Shown: piece after piece, positions 59,548 through 64,000 of the stretch
How positions within the stretch are numbered: the stretch's first letter is position 1
Layout: the number at the start of each line of letters is the position of its first letter
Assembly: GCA_965207885.1 (NCBI GenBank)
Contig: OZ242311.1
Coordinates: 4,960,001 to 5,024,000, forward strand
DNA: 64,000 bases
Direction of reading: 5' to 3'
DNA from: Candidatus Latescibacterota bacterium
GTDB taxonomy: Bacteria > Latescibacterota > UBA2968
Program-made: the position numbers and the translations under genes
Notes under the pieces: generated by a model
Databases searched by the model: none
What the model saw: the letters and a program-made list of their open reading frames with translations, nothing else
What the model was told of the DNA's origin: nothing

Positions 59548-61086
59548 TCACTCCCACAACCTTCTATCCAGACTACGGTATTGAATCGCCTCGGCAACAT
59601 GGCGCGATTGGATATCCTCTTCGCCTTCCAGATCTGCTATTGTGCGGCTCGCCTTCAGGATGCGATCATAGGCCCGCGCCGAAAGCCCCAATCGCGTAAT
59701 CGCCATCCGCAACAACTCCTCGCTCCTATCATCAATTTTACAAAACATCCGAATCTCTCGCGACCCCATGTGCGCGTTGCTAAACAAATCTCTATAATCT
59801 GCAAACCGTTCCAATTGTATTTGCCGCGCGCCTTGCACGCGCTTGCGAACCTCTGCAGAAGACTCGCCAGCGGGTTCATTGGCCAGTTCTTCATACTGCA
59901 CAGCCGGGGCTTCTACGTGAATATCAATGCGATCCATCAGCGGTCCCGAGATTCGATTGACATAGCGCTGCACCACAGGTGGCGAGCAAATACACTCGTG
60001 GTGTGGATCGCCCAAATACCCGCACGGACACGGATTCATAGCGCAAACGAGCATAAACTGCGCCGGATACGAAAGCGACATCGCTGCGCGGGCAATCGTC
60101 ACAAAACTATCCTCAATGGGCTGGCGAAGAGATTCCAAAACCTGTTTCTTAAACTCGGGAAGCTCATCCAAAAACAGCACTCCGTGATGTGCCAGCGACA
60201 CCTCTCCCGGCCGGGGATAGGGACCGCCACCGATCAATCCCGCATCTGAAATCGTGTGATGTGGCGAACGAAACGGCCTCGTCGCCACCAGTGCTGTATC
60301 GGGCGGCAACAACCCCGCTACCGAGTGAATTTTTGTCGTCTGCAGAGCCTCATCCAGCGTCAGATCGGGTAAGATAGTCGGCAATCTCCTGGCGAGCATC
60401 GTCTTACCAGATCCGGGAGGCCCCATGAGAATCGCGTTATGCGCGCCTGCCGCCGCCACCTCCAGCGCGCGCTTGGCATGCTCTTGCCCGCGCACATCCC
60501 TAAAATCCACCCGATGCATCCGCGCCTGCCGAAAAATCGCCTGGCTATTGATTTCAAAGGGCATGATATCGCAGTACCCCTCAAAAAAATCCAGTGCCTC
60601 ACTCAAATCGCGCACCGGCAAAACATCTAACCCTCCAGTAATCGCCGCCTCTTGCGCATTCTCCACAGGGACGAGCAACCCTTTTAAACCCGCCTTTTTG
60701 GCTTCCACAGCCATTGACAGCGCCCCGCGCACGGGCCGCACCGTACCATCTAAAGCCAACTCACCCAAAATGAGATATTGCGACAGCTTCTCGGGTGAAA
60801 TTGAATCGCCCATCGCGGCGATAATACCTATCGCAATCGGCAAATCAAATGCCGAGCCTTCCTTTCGAATATCTGCCGGTGCCAAATTCACCGTAATCCG
60901 ATTAGTTGGAAATGTTCGCCCGGCATTTTTAATCGCAGCCATCACCCGATCCCGGCTCTCCTTCACCGTACTATCGGGCAAACCCACCACTGAAAATGAG
61001 GGAAGCCGACGCGAAATATCCGCCTCAATATGCACGATATACGCATCAATACCCAGCGTTGCACAACTCAACACACGCGAAGTCAT
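59548..61086 (-). CDS. comM: YifB/ComM Mg-chelatase-like AAA+ ATPase
   Basis: VGLPD, NLAPADIRKEG, GPPGSGKT, RSPHH, LFLDE, NPCPCG. Confidence 0.93.
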   Translation of the reverse strand: MTSRVLSCATLGIDAYIVHIEADISRRLPSFSVVGLPDSTVKESRDRVMAAIKNAGRTFPTNRITVNLAPADIRKEGSAFDLPIAIGIIAAMGDSISPEKLSQYLILGELALDGTVRPVRGALSMAVEAKKAGLKGLLVPVENAQEAAITGGLDVLPVRDLSEALDFFEGYCDIMPFEINSQAIFRQARMHRVDFRDVRGQEHAKRALEVAAAGAHNAILMGPPGSGKTMLARRLPTILPDLTLDEALQTTKIHSVAGLLPPDTALVATRPFRSPHHTISDAGLIGGGPYPRPGEVSLAHHGVLFLDELPEFKKQVLESLRQPIEDSFVTIARAAMSLSYPAQFMLVCAMNPCPCGYLGDPHHECICSPPVVQRYVNRISGPLMDRIDIHVEAPAVQYEELANEPAGESSAEVRKRVQGARQIQLERFADYRDLFSNAHMGSREIRMFCKIDDRSEELLRMAITRLGLSARAYDRILKASRTIADLEGEEDIQSRHVAEAIQYRSLDRRLWE

Positions 61087-61135
61087 CAAAACCTCCTTGC
61101 CTGAAAGAAACCAACCGAAAGAAGCAATAGAATCA

Positions 61136-61152
61136 GGCAAGGAGTGTGCCAG
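61136..61152 (-). promoter_or_regulatory. sigma54 (-24/-12) promoter upstream of comM
   Basis: Minus strand reads CTGGCAC-ACTCC-TTGCC, 50 bp upstream of the ATG. Confidence 0.6.
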
Positions 61153-61272
61153 AACCACTTGAAACAATAAATTGTTGTTATAAAACAATTTACATCATAT
61201 AAAAGTAGGCCTGTATTGAACAATCTTTTCACAAAAACCATCTTCCGCAGAACAAAATGTGCAACACGCCTG

Positions 61273-62513
61273 CTACTTCATCCGATCCAGCACGGGCTGC
61301 AATTTTTGTCGCGCTACCTCGGCTTCTGCGCCCCCATCGACGACCGGGTGTTCTTCCAACTCATCTGCGACAACATCGTACAAATCGCCCGTATCGTAGA
61401 GCTTCCAGCGTTTATCCTGTGCCCACCGCTTTAAGTAATACCCCACCTTACCCCATCCGGGAAGGGGATCGTGATGGGCAAAAATCCACTCGCGCGGCGT
61501 TCCCGCCTCGCCCTTTAACTGCGGTAAAAATGACACGCCATCAAACACATCGTCCTCGGGCAAAGAAATGCCAGCCATATCCATCATAGTGGGCACAAAA
61601 TCACTACAATCGATCAAATCATCACACACAGACCCCGGGGGAATTGTACCCGGCCAACTCGCAACAAATGGCACCCGCGTACCCGCATCGGTCGAAAGGC
61701 CCTTCCCCCCCTGGAACTCGCGACCATTAATCATAGAAGTCACCTGACGGGGCGAACCATTATCGCCAATAAACAAAAGCAAAGTATTCTCTCTCAGACC
61801 GAGTTCATCCAATTTATCTACAATCCGTCCAATCACCACATCCATATACTCAACCATATCTTTAAAATACTTCACACCGCTATCGTGTCGGTTTTCAGAC
61901 CATATTTCACTATGGGGCGTGGGTTCAAACGGACCGTGTGTCAGCGCCATGGGATAATAAACAAAAAATGGCTCATCCTTGTGCCGCTCGATATAATCGC
62001 AAATATAAGCCGTATAAATATCCGGACCGTACTTGCCCTCTGTATCCTCCAAATACGCTCCATTTTGCTGAATCACCGGATCGGCATACCGCGACCCCTT
62101 ATCCTCGGTGTGTTCCGTATGCCATAAGCAATACTCGTCAAAACCCGAATCTTCCGCCAATTGCCCCTTACCGCGCCACTCGGGCTCAAAATCCGGCGGA
62201 TTATAGCTATTTGCCATTTACCCGAAATACACGTTTTGTACCCAGCCGCTTGCATCAGATGTCCAAAGGTGCGCTCCTGAGGGTCCATCACGCCAAAAGC
62301 TCTCCAATTTCGAAAATTGTATTTACCCGTCATCAACTGTAACCGAGTCGGCGTACACAGCGGCAGGACATACGCATGGTCAAAACGCATCCCCTCCTTG
62401 CTCAAACCATCCAGCACGGGAGTTCGATACGATTCACCCCCATAACACCCCAAGCATTCATATCCCAAATCATCGGACAGAATCAGAATAATATTTGGTT
62501 TATCAGAAGCCAT
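61273..62513 (-). pseudogene. Sulfatase with a frameshift at about 62210
   Basis: [11 protein letters not shown] and GKWQ in the 5' ORF; continues SYNPPDFEP...GDNG in another frame. Confidence 0.85.
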
Positions 62514-62555
62514 AAAATCTCCTTTCAGTAGTCAGAGCTTCGGGACACGCCCCAT

Positions 62556-63695
62556 TTACAATTCTCCAATCCGCTTCTTCTCAAAAAATTCCCAATCCCA
62601 TTCGGCACCCCATCCGGGATCACTGGGCGGTGTAATATGGCCATTCTCGGGCAAGGGTGGATTGAGCAACCCAATCTCATGACCGCGCACATCCCGGGAC
62701 CCTCCTGGGAAAAACTCGTAATAACTCGTATTCGATATGGCACAAACCAGATGTGCATGCACCAGCCCAAACAACCCACCCGGTCCATTAAATTCAATAT
62801 TTGCACCGTACATCTCCGCCAAATGTGCTAATTTCAACGTCGGAGTTGTACCCAGCCGCGCATTGGCGCGCAGGGCATCGGTTGCCCCGGAAATAATCCA
62901 TTGCGCGCTCAAATCCACATCGTGCATCAAAGTCTCAGGTGCCAAAATGGGAATATCCAGCGCATCGCACAAACGCTGCAAGTTCTTTTGATCTCGATCT
63001 GCCAAAGGCTCTTCAAACCACCCAAACCGCAACGCCTCCAGAGTCTTACCCACCCGAATCGCATCGTGCAACGTATAATCACATCCTGCGGCATCGTGCA
63101 AAATATCGACATCCCTCCCAACCGCATCGCGCACAGCGTGAAAACACGCGATATTTTCATCTGCCGTACCCCCAAAGTGATCTTTTACAGCCAGAAATCC
63201 CATTTCCACTGCCTTTTTTGCATCCGCAGCAGCCTCTTCTTTTGAGCCACTTCTAAAATTGTAATAAGCCGCACAACGAGACCGCGCCCGACCAATCAGA
63301 CCGTGAACGGGCAGCCCCGCAACCTTGCCGGCGATATCCCACAAACAATTGTCAAAAGCGCCAAACCATCCAGGTCGCGTGAACATGCCGCGCGTTGCTT
63401 TGTGTAATTTTTGCGCGAGTCTCTCCCGATCAAATGGATCTTCGCCAATCGCCAGCAACCGCAATTGCTCCAGATCTTCAGAGCGCATCGTCGTGTACCG
63501 CGCATCCCCCACCGTACACACCCCTTCGATGTCTTCGTCTGTCTTTACATGCAAAACGTGTATATGCTCTGCCGACTTACCCGCACCCCGCTTTGCCCAT
63601 CGCTTGCGGGCACCCTGACCGGTTTGTTCCATCCGAAACCGCCCCGTATTGGCGGGCAACTCAAAAACCGAAATCGCAATCGCTCGAATCTTCAC
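62556..63695 (-). CDS. Mandelate racemase/muconate lactonizing enzyme family protein
   Basis: FDNCLWDIAGK, VKDH, LHD, WFEEP; GTG start after GGAGG. Confidence 0.88.
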   Translation of the reverse strand: MKIRAIAISVFELPANTGRFRMEQTGQGARKRWAKRGAGKSAEHIHVLHVKTDEDIEGVCTVGDARYTTMRSEDLEQLRLLAIGEDPFDRERLAQKLHKATRGMFTRPGWFGAFDNCLWDIAGKVAGLPVHGLIGRARSRCAAYYNFRSGSKEEAAADAKKAVEMGFLAVKDHFGGTADENIACFHAVRDAVGRDVDILHDAAGCDYTLHDAIRVGKTLEALRFGWFEEPLADRDQKNLQRLCDALDIPILAPETLMHDVDLSAQWIISGATDALRANARLGTTPTLKLAHLAEMYGANIEFNGPGGLFGLVHAHLVCAISNTSYYEFFPGGSRDVRGHEIGLLNPPLPENGHITPPSDPGWGAEWDWEFFEKKRIGEL

Positions 63696-63711
63696 TTTCA
63701 CCTCCAATCTT

Positions 63712-64000
63712 TCAAAGCAAACTCCTGCGTCCATACACGCTGCAAATGCGGCATTGATGGGGATCATGGCCTCTCGCAGGGCAATATTCTCGTCCAAAAA
63801 AAATAATCTGCAAATGCAGCTTATTCCAAATTTCCGCGGCAAAAATGCGTTTCAAATCGCGCTCGGTCTGCACCACATTTTTGCCACTGGACAATCCCCA
63901 TCGATAGGCGAGACGGTGAATATGCGTATCCACGGGAAATGCCGGCACGCCAAAAGCCTGAGCCATCACCACCGACGCCGTCTTGTGTCCCACGCCGGGC
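63712..64000 (-). CDS. nth: Endonuclease III (5' end beyond window edge)
   Basis: PGVGHKTA, FPVDTH, GREYCPAR...C..C cluster motif. Confidence 0.93.
   Translation of the reverse strand, partial: PGVGHKTASVVMAQAFGVPAFPVDTHIHRLAYRWGLSSGKNVVQTERDLKRIFAAEIWNKLHLQIIFFGREYCPARGHDPHQCRICSVYGRRSLL

Overview
Bacterial chromosomal window, about 50% GC with a C-rich + strand. The gene content suggests a sponge-associated Candidatus Latescibacterota-like organism (inference): many PhyH-type dioxygenases, sulfatases, enolase-superfamily enzymes and dockerin-tailed secreted proteins. It holds a housekeeping core (hrpA, rpe, ffh-rpsP-rimM-trmD-rplS, tRNA-Val, comM, nth) and several accessory blocks. (1) 1-4617: tandem two-domain PhyH paralogues plus a 1500-bp tnpB-only IS200/IS605 element; the paralogue preserves the empty site and so reveals the TAM (TTTAT). 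(2) 4620-12790: a low-GC island with an IS3 element, a truncated hsdS-like gene, sbcDC and a small-ORF/membrane-protein pair. (3) 39800-46800: an island bounded by 36-bp direct repeats, encoding cohesin/dockerin-like secreted proteins and a GxxExxY nuclease embedded in nested inverted repeats. The most notable patterns are the GxxExxY-associated palindromic arms, a hairpin-dense segment where tnpA would normally be, cassettes flanked by a duplicated 3' end of the upstream gene (twice), and two sigma54-type promoters, one in front of comM. No CRISPR array, rRNA or reverse transcriptase was seen. Four genes carry frameshifts or a stop codon; some may be sequencing errors.
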